DNA from: Paraspadella gotoi
Lineage: Eukaryota > Animalia > Chaetognatha
Length of the DNA stretch: 64,000 bases
NCBI GenBank assembly: GCA_051294375.1
Contig: CM119263.1
Span: 31,132,949 to 31,196,948 of the forward strand
Direction: 5' to 3'
Shown: positions 49,201 to 62,307 of the stretch, piece by piece
Position numbering within the stretch: position 1 is the stretch's first letter
Layout of the letters: the number at the start of each line of letters is the position of its first letter
Notes under the pieces: model-generated
Told to the model about the DNA's origin: nothing
Seen by the model: only the letters and a program-made list of their open reading frames with translations
Databases searched by the model: none
Made by a program: the position numbers and the translations under genes

Positions 49201-50497
49201 GCGCCCGGCATGCGAATGGGTCACACCGCCGTCTTCGACGCCAAGAGAAATTGTATCTTCGTCTACGGAGGATCGAAGAATCTTCGCTGGTTCAAGGACA
49301 TGCACATGCTGGACTTGGAGAAGGGAGGCTGGAAAGAACTCAAGACCACCGGTGCTTAAGACTCGAGAGACTTTAAAGATGAGACTCAATCTTATTGCCC
49401 TTTTGTTGTTTTCTAAAAAAAATAAGGCAACGCCCCGACGCGATCTTACCATTCCGCCATCTTGTATCGCGACGAGATTTGGGTCTTTGGTGGAATCTTT
49501 CCTAATCCTGGAACCGAACCCGACGGTTGCAGCGATTCCATCGAGGTTGGGGGGATTGGAACCGTCGCCCTTTTGTCTCTTCTGTTGACTCTCAATTTTA
49601 GTATCTTATTCAAAGATGGTTCACCTCGTTCTAGGTCTACTCTTCCGCCACTGGTGGATGGTACACCCCCGAGGTGACGGGCCCCAAGCCAATGCCTCGC
49701 TCGGGCCATAGTGCGACGTTGCTTGGCGAGAAGATGCTCGTCTTCGGTGGGTGGGACATGCCCTCCATCTTCAACGACATTCAAGTCTTTGACCTTACCT
49801 TCGCCGAGTGGCAGGCGCCTCTGCCTATCCGGGTGAGGTGGATGGTATTTGATGCATTAATTTATTTTAACAATTTATTTTTACCGACTGAGATAGAGGC
49901 AAAGTATATTATTTTTCCTCAACTTGTCCAAATTTAGGGGCAAGAAAGCTTCTATAAATTTATATTGTTTGTAACAATTCCATATAGTATCAAGAAAGAA
50001 TGATCTATATGGATTCTTTCCTTCCTAGGGATCTCTTCCTCCTCCCCGCTGCTGGCACGCCTCCGCTCTCCTCCAACGCCCCCACCCTCGCCTCTTCGTC
50101 CACGGTGGCTTCAACGGCGACGCCCCTCTCGACGACGCTTGGGTGCTGGACATGCCGCAAGGGCTCAACTCGACCCCCTCGACCAAGGCATTTGTCAGCT
50201 GGACCAAGCTTGTTCTTCCTGGGCTCAAGCTCAGCGCCCGAGCAGGACATTCGGCCGTCTGCGTCGGAGTCAATGAGGTTTTTTGCTTTGACGATTTGCT
50301 GTCGTTGCTGCTGTTTCGATTAAAGTTAATGCTGTTGTTCCATTCATTGAGTTGTTTTTTTCCAGAACGACGACGACCACGACGGCTGCGAAGAGACGAC
50401 GAAGGAAAGGATCGTCATCTTTGGCGGCGGAAACAACAATGGAAAGTTCTTCAACACGACGACAGTCATGGAGGCTCCGACTCGCGTCGAACTCTGA
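46221..50497 (+). CDS. Kelch-repeat beta-propeller protein with a long low-complexity N-terminal region
   Basis: Kelch blades ARMGHTAV..VYGG, TRSYHSA..VFGG, PRSGHSA..VFGGWD, PRCWHAS..VHGG, ARAGHSA..IFGGG. Confidence 0.88.
48061..48796 (+). mobile_element. TRIM, young copy in a kelch-gene intron
   Basis: LTRs 48061-48319 and 48543-48796 (TGTGGCAGC...GTTGCCATA); PBS tggtgagccc at 48322; PPT ggtgggggatcc at 48531-48542; TSD ATAT; nearly identical to the reverse complement of 42000-42740. Confidence 0.93.
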
Positions 50498-51018
50498 TCC
50501 CCCGACAATGGTTTCATTAGAACTCAGTCGTGGTCCGCTTTTGCGTTCGAATACGATTTTATTTCACGAAACATCACATCTGAATAAACGTTACATTTCA
50601 TTAAACATCATCTATGATTACATTACATCTCTCTAAACATCATAAGTGCCTAATCTCCCCTTTTTTTCGTTGAATCTCTGGATTAAGTTTCTACGCTCGT
50701 CGTGATCGTTTGGGAATTTTCGCATATTTTCAAGCTTTGGTGGAATCATAAATGCCATAAATTTTGGTAATAATTTTTATCTGCCGATTACGGATCGTGT
50801 ATTCCGCATTATTTCTTGTGCCCTCAACTCATGAAGGGAAATTAAAACTTCTGACATTCTTACAATAGCCGAGAAAATTTTTTCTAAATAGTCGGTGTAT
50901 TTTTTTTTTCACTCTGCCATTTCGATAATTTACTTGTTAATGTTAAGTTTGGTTATAGTTTACATTATTCTTTGCCTTTTGACTATCAGATATACTATTT
51001 ATACATATAAAAAGCTAA

Positions 51019-52418
51019 ATGACTTCTCAGGAAGAGGACGATGACGACTTCGTGAGCAACCTTCTCGCCGAAGGCAAGTCTTAATTAATTTCTTTTGTGA
51101 TAAGAATAAATTATGATACATAATTGATTCGCAGCTGATGAAGAGAAGTTCCGCGCTGACGTCGACTACGATGATGAGGAAGAGGAAGAAGAAGGATTCT
51201 CGGAGAAAATTCGAGATCAAGATCGATTTCTTCCGATCGCGAACGTTGGGAAAGTAATGAAGGACTGGTGGGTAAGGGTTGGGAGAAGTACTCGCTCCAT
51301 CCAATATATTGCGCTGCAGTTACTTTATATCCAGTGTATTTATGACACGCACTGCATCGTAATTTCCTTTTATTCTTTATAGTTATAGTATATTTCCTGA
51401 AGGCCGCGCTCTCAGTCGCTTAGATCTGAGGTTTTTTTCTGTCTTAATAAATGTGAGCAACCGACTATAAGCGAGTTATGATAATCGAAACAGATCGAAA
51501 GACCGACCGAAAAGTGGCTTAGAGTTACTCCGCGAGTACTCGCGGCGCAAATAAAAAGGAGAGTCCTGTGAGACTTAGAGATTAGTTACGGGTGGAGGGG
51601 AGAAGGAAAGACTCGAAGAGGAAACTTGTATGAAATTGGTAGAACCAATTAAGAAGTATCTTGCCCCTAACTTAGGACAGGCTATGGTGGGTGAAGGCCC
51701 CATCCCTCTTACGAGATAATCACAAAGCTTTTAATCAAGACTCTCTCACAGTCTAGTCTATTCACTTTAGAGTACCTGGCTTCCCTAATCCCTATCAATG
51801 AAGCGGTATAATATTTTAAAGTAACTCAACTTCCTTCTCTCCCCTTCAGCCTTCCTTCCAACTCCAAAATGTCCAAGGACTCGAAGATGTGCATCCAGGA
51901 ATGCGTGTCCGAGTTCGTCTCCTTCGTGACGTCGGAGGCGGCGGAGAGATGTCATCTGGAGAAACGCAAGACGGTCAACGGGGAAGACATCCTCTTTGCC
52001 ATGTCCACTCTCGGGTTCGACTCTTACGTGGAGCCACTCAATATTTTTCTGACTAGATACAGGGAGACAATCAAGTCGGAGAAGATGGGAATACCTGTCC
52101 CTTCTGTGCCGGAGAATTTGGTTAGAAGGGAAGAGGTAGTGATTTTGAAGTGGAAGGGATTACACATTGGTGAAAACTGACCAGTCGACCTTTACCATAT
52201 CGTTAACGGGTTCATCCTCGACATAGGCTCCTGTTAAAGTGGCCCTTCCCACCCGGTTCATAGCCGCGCCTCCAACGATCCTTCATGATGTCGAGTCCAT
52301 CGCTCACGTGACCAACTCCCTCGTCGCGCCTCCGCAGCATCAGCAGCAGATGCCTGTCTACACCGCCGCGTATCAGCCGCAGGGTGATCAGCAGCCACAA
52401 GTTCATTATTCAAATTGA
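51019..52418 (+). CDS. NFYB: Nuclear transcription factor Y subunit beta
   Basis: RDQDRFLPIANVGKVMK..LPSNSKMSKDSKMCIQECVSEFVSFVTSEAAERCHLEKRKTVNGEDILFAMSTLGFDSY; the first intron appears to be GC-AG (51074-51133). Confidence 0.95.
51657..51810. repeat. Short interspersed repeat, copy 2 (related to 27957-28075)
   Basis: Same ordered conserved blocks as copy 1; lies in an NF-YB intron. Confidence 0.7.
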
Positions 52419-53227
52419 TGAATCTCATATATATATTTTTTTTTTTAAATTTAATCTTTTTTAGATTTTTTAATATACGTAATATTCTTATTGTTAAACT
52501 TCAAAACAACAAGGTTCATGCTGCGTCTGTGATAACACTGATACCTTAATTTTAATAGTTGATCTTTTTGAATCCAATTAGCTGTAAAACATTTTTTGGC
52601 TTACTGATTTGCTGTTTTTTGCTTCTATGTTTTCGAAGCGTGAGCAACTATACAATGTATACATGTGTGCCAATTTTTTTTTCCTTCTTTGATGCCAATA
52701 AATTTTTCGTCTGTTATGTTTATCGTTTTTTTTCTTTAGGTTTTACATTTTTTGTAAATTTTTATTGTTGGAAAAAAAATGAGTTGCATCCCTTGCCGTC
52801 AAATAACAACAACAACATTCCCTAATTAAAACAACAACAATCGGGTAAAGAAATGAAAAAAACTATTCTGACCATCTTCCCTTTCTCGCGTCCTTCCTTG
52901 ATAATCCTCAATTCCTTTTGTTCAACAGGAAGTAAAACATTTTTCTCTCTTCACTATTCGCTCAACAAACACGAGGAAAAAGACTCTAAGTAAAAATCAT
53001 CTCTACTCAAAGAAGTAATAAAAGAAACTTAAATCAGCCCAAGCATAAAAATACCAAAAAAATAATCACCGTCACCAATTTTGACAAAAGAATATTACAA
53101 AAGAATTCCCGACCGAGTTTTAATCGTTTTGGTTTGAGATTCTTCTCGTTTCGCTTTTTGTCAAAAACCAACTCGATATTTCGCGGTTGTTACAACGACG
53201 ACGACAACAACAACAACAAGTAGTACG

Positions 53228-55622
53228 ATGGCTCTCAGGTTAAGAGACAACGCTCTTAGCCAAGGTAGGTCGATGCGAAGACGATCCTTTGATCGAGGAT
53301 CTAATCTTAGTTTTAAAAAGTCTTTTATCTCCTCGAATTCAAGGCTCGGAAAACGCGACCGTCTCCTCCAAGTCGGTCGTCATGGGAACGCAGGCTACGG
53401 CCAACGTGACGACTCGGCGTCGGTTGGCCGACGTTTCCAATATCAACGGCGCCGGGATCGTCGAAAGCTCCAAGCACGGACAAGTGAGAGTCGAATCAAA
53501 ATTTGGTGGGAACCAAATTTGACAGCTCTAATGTTGGGAAAATATTTGAACTTGAGATAACTTCGTGGAGATTATTTAACGACTGAAAGCCTCATTTTAA
53601 CATAAATAGTAAAGATAGTGAAAGTAAGAAGTTAGTAAAAAGATGAGCCGTGACTCGTCAGGCGAGAGACGCGCGCGCGGGAAGAAAGAGAACTCGAGCT
53701 TCGCCGTCGGCGATGAGAGTTTGGGCGGATGACTCGATGGAGTCGGTCGTGGTGAGGCTCACGGCTGAAATCACTTTCCAAGAGAACCATCACTTACACG
53801 TATCCCTTTTTTGAGGACAGAAACCGACGGAGGTAGCGAAACCAACTTTGGGACTCAAGAAGTCGTTAGCCACTCGCAATTTGCTCGCGCCGCTTAAGGT
53901 GGAGGAGACGAAGCCGTCGAAAGCCTCTGCTGCAGCGGCCTCGGCGACTGCGGTGACAGTGAAGCAGGATGCGGCGTCGGCGGTAGTGAGGAAGGAGCAG
54001 GAGGCGTATTCGGGTGAGAGAGATTAGATGATTTTTAAATGGGGAGCGATTATTGACTTTTATCTTCTCTGTTTCTCTATCTCCCTCAGTTCACTCCCTT
54101 TCAACCTTCGTCGAAGACATCGACATCGTCGACGGCGACAACCCTCAACTCTGCGCCGAATACGTCAAGGACATCTACGTCTACCTGCGCCGTCTCGAGC
54201 GAGAATACGCCGTCGCCGAAGATTACCTGGCGGCGAAACCTGGAGCGAAGGTCAAGCCCGAGATCAACGCCAAGATGAGGACCATTCTCGTCGATTGGCT
54301 CATTCAGGTTGTTGGGGCTTTGGGAGATGGAGAGTAAATCGTGAGTTAGATGCGAGTTAATGAGTGAAAGATAAATTGTTTAAAATATTATGTAAAATAG
54401 GACGTAAGTAAATGAGTCACTTAAATAGTGCTAAGAGGTAAAAGTGCAAGAGCGGTTAAGGGAAATTACACGAATTGTTTTTTTGTTTTTCTTTTTTAGG
54501 TCCACCAGCGCTTCAGCCTCCTTCAAGAGACTCTCTACCTCACGGTTGCCATCCTCGATCGCTATCTACAAGTCCGCTGCGAAGTTGTCAAGAGAAAGAA
54601 GCTTCAATTGGTTGGGGTGACCTGCATGTGGATCGCTTCAAAGTACGAGGAGATGTACGCGCCGGAGATCAACGATTTTGTCTACATTACAGACAACGCC
54701 TATAACTCGGTGCGTGGGTGGTATTTTAGGGTTAAATGCTGGTGATTGATGTACTTGGATTGCATCGCGTCAAGTTGTCCATTTTGCAGGCCGAAATTCG
54801 CCAGATGGAGCTGGATGTGTTGAGGCAGTTGGACTTCAACCTCGGAAAGCCGCTGCCGCTTCACTTTCTTCGCCGCAATTCGAAGGCCGCAGGAGTCGAT
54901 GCGACGCAACACAACTTCGCCAAGTTCTTCATGGAGATCACGTTGCAGGTTCACTAGCTGAATATTTTTTTGACCAGATAAATGATATTCTCAGTAAGTT
55001 TATCGAGTGACTTTTGATTCGCCTGTAATGAGCTATAATGTGCAGCAGTTAAGATTATTTCTGGCATCGTTGAATTCTTTTTTTCTAAGAAGATAATAAT
55101 ATTATTTTTCGGTTACTTTACATCACTTGTTGGAATTATTTGGTTTATTAACGAATATTAGAACCCTCCCTTCCTATAAATGCCTTTTAATTCAATGCTT
55201 CTGTTTTTTATTTGGCGCCAGGAATACGCGTTCGTCCACGTGTCGCCCTCTCAGCTGGCGGCGGCGGCGCTTTGCCTCTCCTGCCGCGTCGTCAACGAAG
55301 ACTTCGCCAAAAACGGCGGCGACGTAGAGAAGCTCAAGTGGGAAGACAAGATGGTGCACTACTCGGGGTAAGTTTTCTTTTTAGAGGAGAAGAAGAAGGT
55401 AAGTTTCTTTTATATTATTAATCAATGACGAACAATGATCCCAGGTACAAAGAATCGGAACTGGCGAAACTAATATCGCTCATCGCTTCTTTCGTCGTCA
55501 AATCCGAGACGAGCAAGTTGAACTACGTCAAACAGAAATACCAAAGCAGCAAATTCCTGCGCATCTCTTCCTCGCCGCTGCTTAAGACCGAAGCCTTTCT
55601 GCAAATCGCCGGAGGAAAGTGA
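53228..55622 (+). CDS. CCNB: G2/mitotic-specific cyclin B
   Basis: D-box RRRLADVSN; [13 protein letters not shown]; [12 protein letters not shown]; [27 protein letters not shown]; [16 protein letters not shown]. Confidence 0.96.
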
Positions 55623-56701
55623 ATTGGGAGCGAGGAAGACGACGACGACGACGAAGTCTGAGAGACAAAAGAAAAGGGGGGGCCTCGAGAGTCGCTCATG
55701 AGGCCCCCTCCACACACCCCCGAGCACGCCGCTTTCAACGTCGCCCTTCGGGACTCCCGCTTTTTCTTCAGAATCTCGTCGCTTCGTAGAAAAAAACAAA
55801 ACTGTTTCTTCCCTAAATTTACGTTTTTAAATTGAAAGACTTTTTCAAAACATTTTGATGATTACTTGATTACCATTAGTCTGTTGTTCTGTGTCCTTTG
55901 ATTAAAAACGATTTACACTCTACGCGTCCCGAGTTCTGATTTGTTGAGCAGGTTTTTAAATGTTTTTTATTCTCTAAGGATGCAGCGTTTGTATTTTTGT
56001 AAACTTTTTTAGAAATATATTTTTGTACTAACATTCCACGTGGGTTCTGTGAAGAACGTATAGCTTCATTTTATTCCCTTCAACCTATTATTGTATTTTT
56101 TCCACGACGTCTAATTTTACGAAGCCTATTTAACTTTATTTTTAATATATTTAACGGAATATGGACGTCCTTTTCAGACTTACAATTTTGTTGGCAATAA
56201 TGTTATATCTCGAACTGAGATAACTCTTTTTTTTAAATTGTTAAGCATTTTTAAATGCTTCTCCATTGTTAAACCTATCAGTTGCGTTACTTAGTTAAAA
56301 AGAGTGTTGTTTTATAAAAATTAATGGCTTTGATTTAGCTAACCTGTTTTTGCTCGGTTGTAGTTGTTAAAGCACATATTATGAGTGTTAATAATTTCAT
56401 TACTCGGCTGACAAATTCCATTGTCCAATTCATTTACATTTATTTGTATAGTTTTGTTATAAATTGATGAATCGCGAGCATCGAATGGAGACGTGAATAT
56501 CCTCGAGAAAACATTTACAGAGATCTTTGACTTTGTAACTGCAATTGCATCTCATTGATTCTGGATCGACGATCATCGCCACGAGTTCATATCGATCGTT
56601 CTTGTCTTTTGTTTTTATTTCTTTTCGCAACTTCGATCATTCGATCCCAATTTATATCTTCATCTTTTCCTCATCGTTCCTTCGCCTTCAACCCCACGTT
56701 A

Positions 56702-56703
<2 letters not shown>

Positions 56704-56759
<56 letters not shown>
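56704..56759. repeat. (CT)n microsatellite
   Basis: About 28 CT units. Confidence 0.95.
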
Positions 56760-56762
<3 letters not shown>

Positions 56763-56962
56763 CTTGCTTTCGCCCTTGTTACGCGACTTCTCCGTTTACC
56801 ATAACCTCAACATTTCAACTTCTCTCGTCTGCTTAAATCGCTTCATTCTCGCCGACTCATCTGCTAACTATACAACCACAATCATCTGCTTTTTTTATTC
56901 TTGCTTCCATATTTTCAAACTCACGCGTCTCTTTTTGTTTTAAAACGTCAACTTGCGTATTT

Positions 56963-57030
56963 GTTACTATGGCAACTGTTTCTGTGAACTGAAGTATTTC
57001 ATTTTTTTTCAGTCCCGCTCTCTTTTCCCA
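56963..57030 (+). promoter_or_regulatory. Candidate RPLP0 promoter: X-box plus TCT/TOP-like initiator
   Basis: GTTACTATGGCAAC at 56963-56976 and ctctcttttccc at about 57018-57029, about 170 bp upstream of the ATG. Confidence 0.4.
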
Positions 57031-57194
57031 CAAATTTTCTGTTCACTCTTCCTTAGTATATAATAACTTAACCGTTGGATGATCCATCTATTTCATTCTT
57101 TAACCTCTATTCCCATTTGTAGGAATAAAGTTTATAAAATAAAGCGTCACTGACGAGTCGAATTCATCCCTAACTCGATTCCGCTTGAAAAAAA

Positions 57195-59827
57195 ATGGGG
57201 CGAACTGGAGACGAGAAGTTTCAGTGGAAGACGAACTACTTCATGAAGTTGATTCGACTTTTTGACGAATACGAAAAGTTTTTTATCGTCGGCGTCGACA
57301 ATGTGGGGTAATTTGATGCATAAAAATTGAAAAAGATTGTCCTCGAATGCCCTGAATGCCGTAAATCTTTGTCTAGGTCCAACCAGATGCAGCAGATCCG
57401 CATCTCCCTTCGCGGTTCCGCCGATGTCCTCATGGGAAAAAACACGATGATGCGAAAAGTCATTCGCGGTCGTTTGGAGACGAACCCCACTTTGGAAAAG
57501 GTCTCCCTTAAATCTTGGGATACGTATTTCGTGTCTTTTACCAAATTATTTCTATACTAAATGATGACAAAAATTTATTCATTGATTGAATCTGTGATTC
57601 ATGATCTTTTCAGTACCTTTACCGACTGAAGACAAAGAACTTTGACGACTCTGCCGACTTTTTCAAATCCTTTCTTTCAACATTCTCTCGTTTCTTTTCC
57701 CGCCCTCCCTTTCTCTCAACCCTGTTCCAATTCCTCCGTCCACACCGAAGATCCTCCCCCACATCGTCCGCAACGTCGGCTTCGTCTTCACGAAGGAAGA
57801 CTTGACCGAAATCCGCGACCGCCTCGTCTCTAACCGGAAGCCGGCGGCGGCCAAAGCCGGCGCCTTGGCTCCGGTCGACGTCTACGTTCCTTCGCTCAAC
57901 ACGGGCCTCGGCCCAGAAAAGACTTCCTTCTTTCAGGTTTTCCTTTTTTCCTTCTTTGAAATTAAGGAACCATGGCTCGTCTCTGTTTGACGTTTTTTTT
58001 TTCATTTAGATTTGCCGTTTATTTTTATTTTTTATACTCCGCTTTTGCATACAAACGCTTTTCTCCCTGTGAACTAAACCTCCTCGTTTTTGCAGTTTTT
58101 CTCTCCGTTCCCCAAAATCGGTCCAAGCGTATTTCCCCCTCTTCGCTCGGGACACTGAAACTGGAGGGAATGACCCGTGAAAACAAATCTGCGGTAAATT
58201 TCGTTGACGTGTTTCCGTCTATCCGTTTGGTGTTAATGAATTCCCGTTTGGTTACCAATTCATCATTCGTCCGTCGGCGACATTCAACTCTTTCTTAAAT
58301 GTCCAGGCTCTCAACATCCCCACTAAGATCACGAGAGGCTGCATCGAAATCCTCTCCGCGACGAAGATGTGCACCGAAGGTGAGAGGGTCGGCGCCTCCG
58401 AGGCCACCTTGCTCGCCATGCTCGGTATTCAGCCTTTTTCCTACGGCTTAGAAGTCAAGGTTCGTAGCTCATGTCCATTTTTGTGACGCGAGCTGTCTAT
58501 GCCACGCCCCACCTGTCTCATCCCCAGATGGTCTACGACAACGGGTCCCTTTACCACCCGTCGATCCTGGACATCACCGACGACGACGTTCGCGCTCGAT
58601 TCCTTCAAGGCGCCGCCACCGTCACTATGGTCTCCCTTGCCATTGGGTACCCGACCAAGCTCTCCGTTCCTCATATGATCGCTAATGGATTCAGGTGACA
58701 CGAATTTGACGACGTATGGATGAACCTCATTACTCATTAGTGCGTAACAGATGTGCTTTTAGTATAGCTTGGGTAAACCAGTGTGTAGATCTTGGAGAAA
58801 CGGTCAAATATTCTTATCAAAACTTGACTCGGTTTTTAAAATTAATGGTTAATTTTGAAGGAGCCGAGGAAGGATCATTGCGAAGCCGGGGGTTTTTCAA
58901 TTACGGCTTGATTTCTTTTCGATTGTTAACATTTTTTCTTGCACCAGACGGCTTATAAAATAATAGAAATTATGACAAGGCAATGCCAATACGACAATAT
59001 GCAAATGAGGTTGATGAACTCAATCTCATTCTTGGTTGCATCAAAAGTTCCTTCCTTAGAATAACGCTCACTCGGCTGGAATGAAGAACATGTTATTAAA
59101 TACGAATCAAAGAACATTAATATGAAACGAGAGAATAAAGAAATAAAGATTAAGTCTTTAAATAATCATATAGTATGGCAACGGAGGGACATGTGTGATG
59201 CCTGGGGTGTGAGGCATCTCCCGACAGCTGGCGCTCAGGGCTTTGGACCCTCAGTGACCACCCCATGTCACTGGCGCGTTTATGCCGACACCATCACACT
59301 TTAACCAGCCTGACCGTGAGGGGATTGAACCCGGAACTCACGGTTGGTGAATGAGTTCTTGGCTGTCCAAGCCAATGGGACGAGCTGAGTTTCACCAAGC
59401 TATACGGGAGGCGAATTTAGGATTCGCCACAATAGTCTATTATTGAAGATCAATATCGAGAATCCGATTTCAATCCACGAGAAACCCGATTTCCATTCGT
59501 GAGACTCTGCTTCCAACATTTTCACGTCGTCGTCCCAGGAATTTATTGGCCGTCGCCGTGGAGACCGACTACACTTTTAAAGAGGCGGCGGGAATTAAGG
59601 AGTTTCTATCTGATCCTTCGAAGATGGAGGCTTTGGTCGCCGCCGCCTCCGCCGCCGCCGCAGCCGAGGCTCCTGCCGAAAAGGAGGAAGAGGTACCTCG
59701 ATATCAAAAAATTAAATTCGTTAAAAATTAATTTAATTAATTAATTGGTTCATAGGCCCCACCGGCCAAGGAGGAGGAGGAAGAGGATTCCTCGGAGGAG
59801 GACATGGGATTCGGACTTTTTGACTGA
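57195..59827 (+). CDS. RPLP0: 60S acidic ribosomal protein P0 (uL10)
   Basis: [54 protein letters not shown]-terminal [10 protein letters not shown]. Confidence 0.97.
59174..59431 (-). mobile_element. Solo LTR of a third TRIM subfamily in an RPLP0 intron
   Basis: tatggcaac...gccaca termini; TSD ATAG (59170-59173 and 59432-59435); shared gaccctcagtgac..gtcactggc and gggattgaacccgg blocks. Confidence 0.88.
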
Positions 59828-60229
59828 AACTTTTTTTTTTTGACGCGTTTTTGACGTGAACTTTGTCATTTTTTTGGTAAAATTTTTAATTTATTAAGTA
59901 GTGAGAATATTTCTAACATTTTTCTCCAAACAAAAACAAAAACTAGATATCTAGTTTGGCGTGCTTCTTATGTTTTTTACGTTTATTATCACTTATATAA
60001 TTTCTTATCGTTATATATTTTAAGAATTACCTCAAAATTCAAACCATATTTTTTATACGTTTGCAGTTATATTACAAACGTTGGAACTTTATCAAGATTC
60101 CATCCATCGATTCATCGACGTTGACGAATCGATGACCAAAGATGCGACTCGTTTTTCTCAATCGAATGAAAAGGAGACAAAAAATGACATTTGTGATTTA
60201 AAGGAAATTATTGAGTCGTAGAAAGACTC

Positions 60230-62044
60230 ATGGCCTCCTTGGATAACGAGGAGGGATTGTTGGATCTCCACTGGGATGACATTCTCATTCCACGGATCCT
60301 CCCTTTTCTCTCTGTCAAGGTTGGTCCACTAGTTAATTTTCTAAAATGTTCAAAGATTCGCATTAATAACTAATAAAAAGGAGAATAAATTGTCCTTGCT
60401 TAGGATTTATTCATCCTTCGCGCCGTCAGCAAAAACTTTTCCGAATTGATCGATAGATTTTTGAGCAGAAATCGTCGTTTGGTTTTGGACGAAAGGATTT
60501 ATCAGAGACTCTCCGTGGCGGGTTATCAGGTTCGAGGAAATTGGAAGGGTGGACTAAAATCCACAAACCCTTCACAGCGGCCATTGGTGCAGGAGGCAAG
60601 TCATTCGCCTCCCAACCCAAAGGCCCTGTGGCCGATTCTCAGTTGACAGGGACGGGGCGCTTAACCCGGCTGCAACTTGGTGTTCCGGCCCGATCGGAAG
60701 CTCAAGGACTGCTTATATTGAACGGTTCTATCACTAACTCATAACAAATAATCTGTCTCTTCTTTTGATTTATTTAATTACGACTTATGATTGAGCCTTC
60801 AGCACTTTTGTAGAAAGCTCGTTCCTTAATTAAGTCCTCTGTCAATTCATTTCCTTTTTCAACGCTCCACTTCCAGCTGATCTCCTCCACCTCCACCAAC
60901 CTCCGTCTAATAAACCTCAGCGGATCCTCGATCAGGTGGCTCCGCAACGAGGTGCTACGTCCCACCTTATTCATAAACCCGCACCTCACTCACCTCGATC
61001 TCTCAGATTGCAATGGCCTCACTGAGGAAATCCTCTTGGATTTGGCCGCTTGCGAGTGCGCCAAAAATTTGAAAAGTGAGTCGTTGGATGTCATTTTGTC
61101 ACGACTGTATCTTGTCGGTCAAAATTATTTGAATAACTTCCTTTGATTTTATTTTTTCAAAATATCAATTTGATCCTATTTGAGATTAAAAATTATGGTA
61201 GCCTATCAGAAACCTCTGTGAGTGTGCTTTTGGTAGCACACTAACAGTAACAACTGCTTCGGCCTTTTTAGCCAATGGGAGCACAAGGGATAGTAATCTT
61301 TACAAACATGATTACCTTAGCCGTTTCTCAATAAGCCTACATATTTTCCATATCTCACCAAAGCCCTTTGCCTCGCGGGTTGCGGCTGGGCCGACGCCGC
61401 CGCTGTCACCACTCTTCTCTCGGCCACCGGCTCTCTGCAGCGTCTCGACTTAAAGGGCTGCTGGGGCTGCGGCGACGAGTCCGTTGCGACCGCGCTCGTA
61501 GCCAAAAATCCCGCCATCAAGTCCGTCTGTCTGGCTAAAATTTATGGATTAAGGGACGGGAGCGTACGGATTCTGGCCCAGGGAGCGAGAAGCTTGAAGT
61601 CTGTTAATCTGAGGTATTCAAAGATCCTTTTGTAAAGCGCTTCTTCTTTATGATTTTTGAGGTTTTAATTATTTTGAAGGTGTAAAGAAACATCGAAACT
61701 TTCCATTTCATTTTCAATTAAATGATAAGTTCTTCCGTTACAGATCTAACCAAATATAATCTAACCGTTCAGTCCCCTTTTCCCCTAACCGACGTTTCCA
61801 CCATTTTCCCTTTTTTTTTTTTTTGACCCTCAGCGAGTGCTACCGACTGACCAACACCTCCGTCTTCTACTTGACCGAGTACTGTCCATCCCTGACGCAG
61901 CTGTACGTCCGGGGCTGCCGCGACATCGACGCAGCAGGAGTGGAGCGGCTGCGGCGGCGCGGAGTCGAAATCGACGTCGAGGACGCGACGACGAAACTCG
62001 AACAGAAACAAGAAAAACCCAAAATGATTTTTTTGCAAATTTGA
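60230..62044 (+). CDS. FBXL15: F-box/LRR-repeat protein 15
   Basis: F-box LLDLHWDDILIPRILPFLSVKDLFILRAVSK; Cys-containing LRRs; C-terminal RRRGVEIDVE...FLQI like FBXL15. Confidence 0.82.
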
Positions 62045-62307
62045 ATTTTATTTTTGGGAATAAAGCGAATCAAGATTTGTTTTCAATATCGGTCATCTTT
62101 TACTGACTCCCCCTCCACATCAGTCATTCCTTGTGCTAATCGTAGTATTTATGGTCCTCCCAGTTTTACCAGAATATTTAATTATTTATTATTGTTACGA
62201 AATGTTTTTTTTTTTCGTTTTCTTTTCTCGTTATCGTGGATTCGTTGTTTTTTTTTAAGGGAGCAGAGTTTCTAGGTCTAGATAGGGAAGGGAAGGCTGA
62301 CCAAAGC

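Noticed and set aside
60680-60710. 5S rRNA-like snippet gcccgatcggaagctcaag
   Set aside because: Too short and gapped; no C box or other 5S segments.
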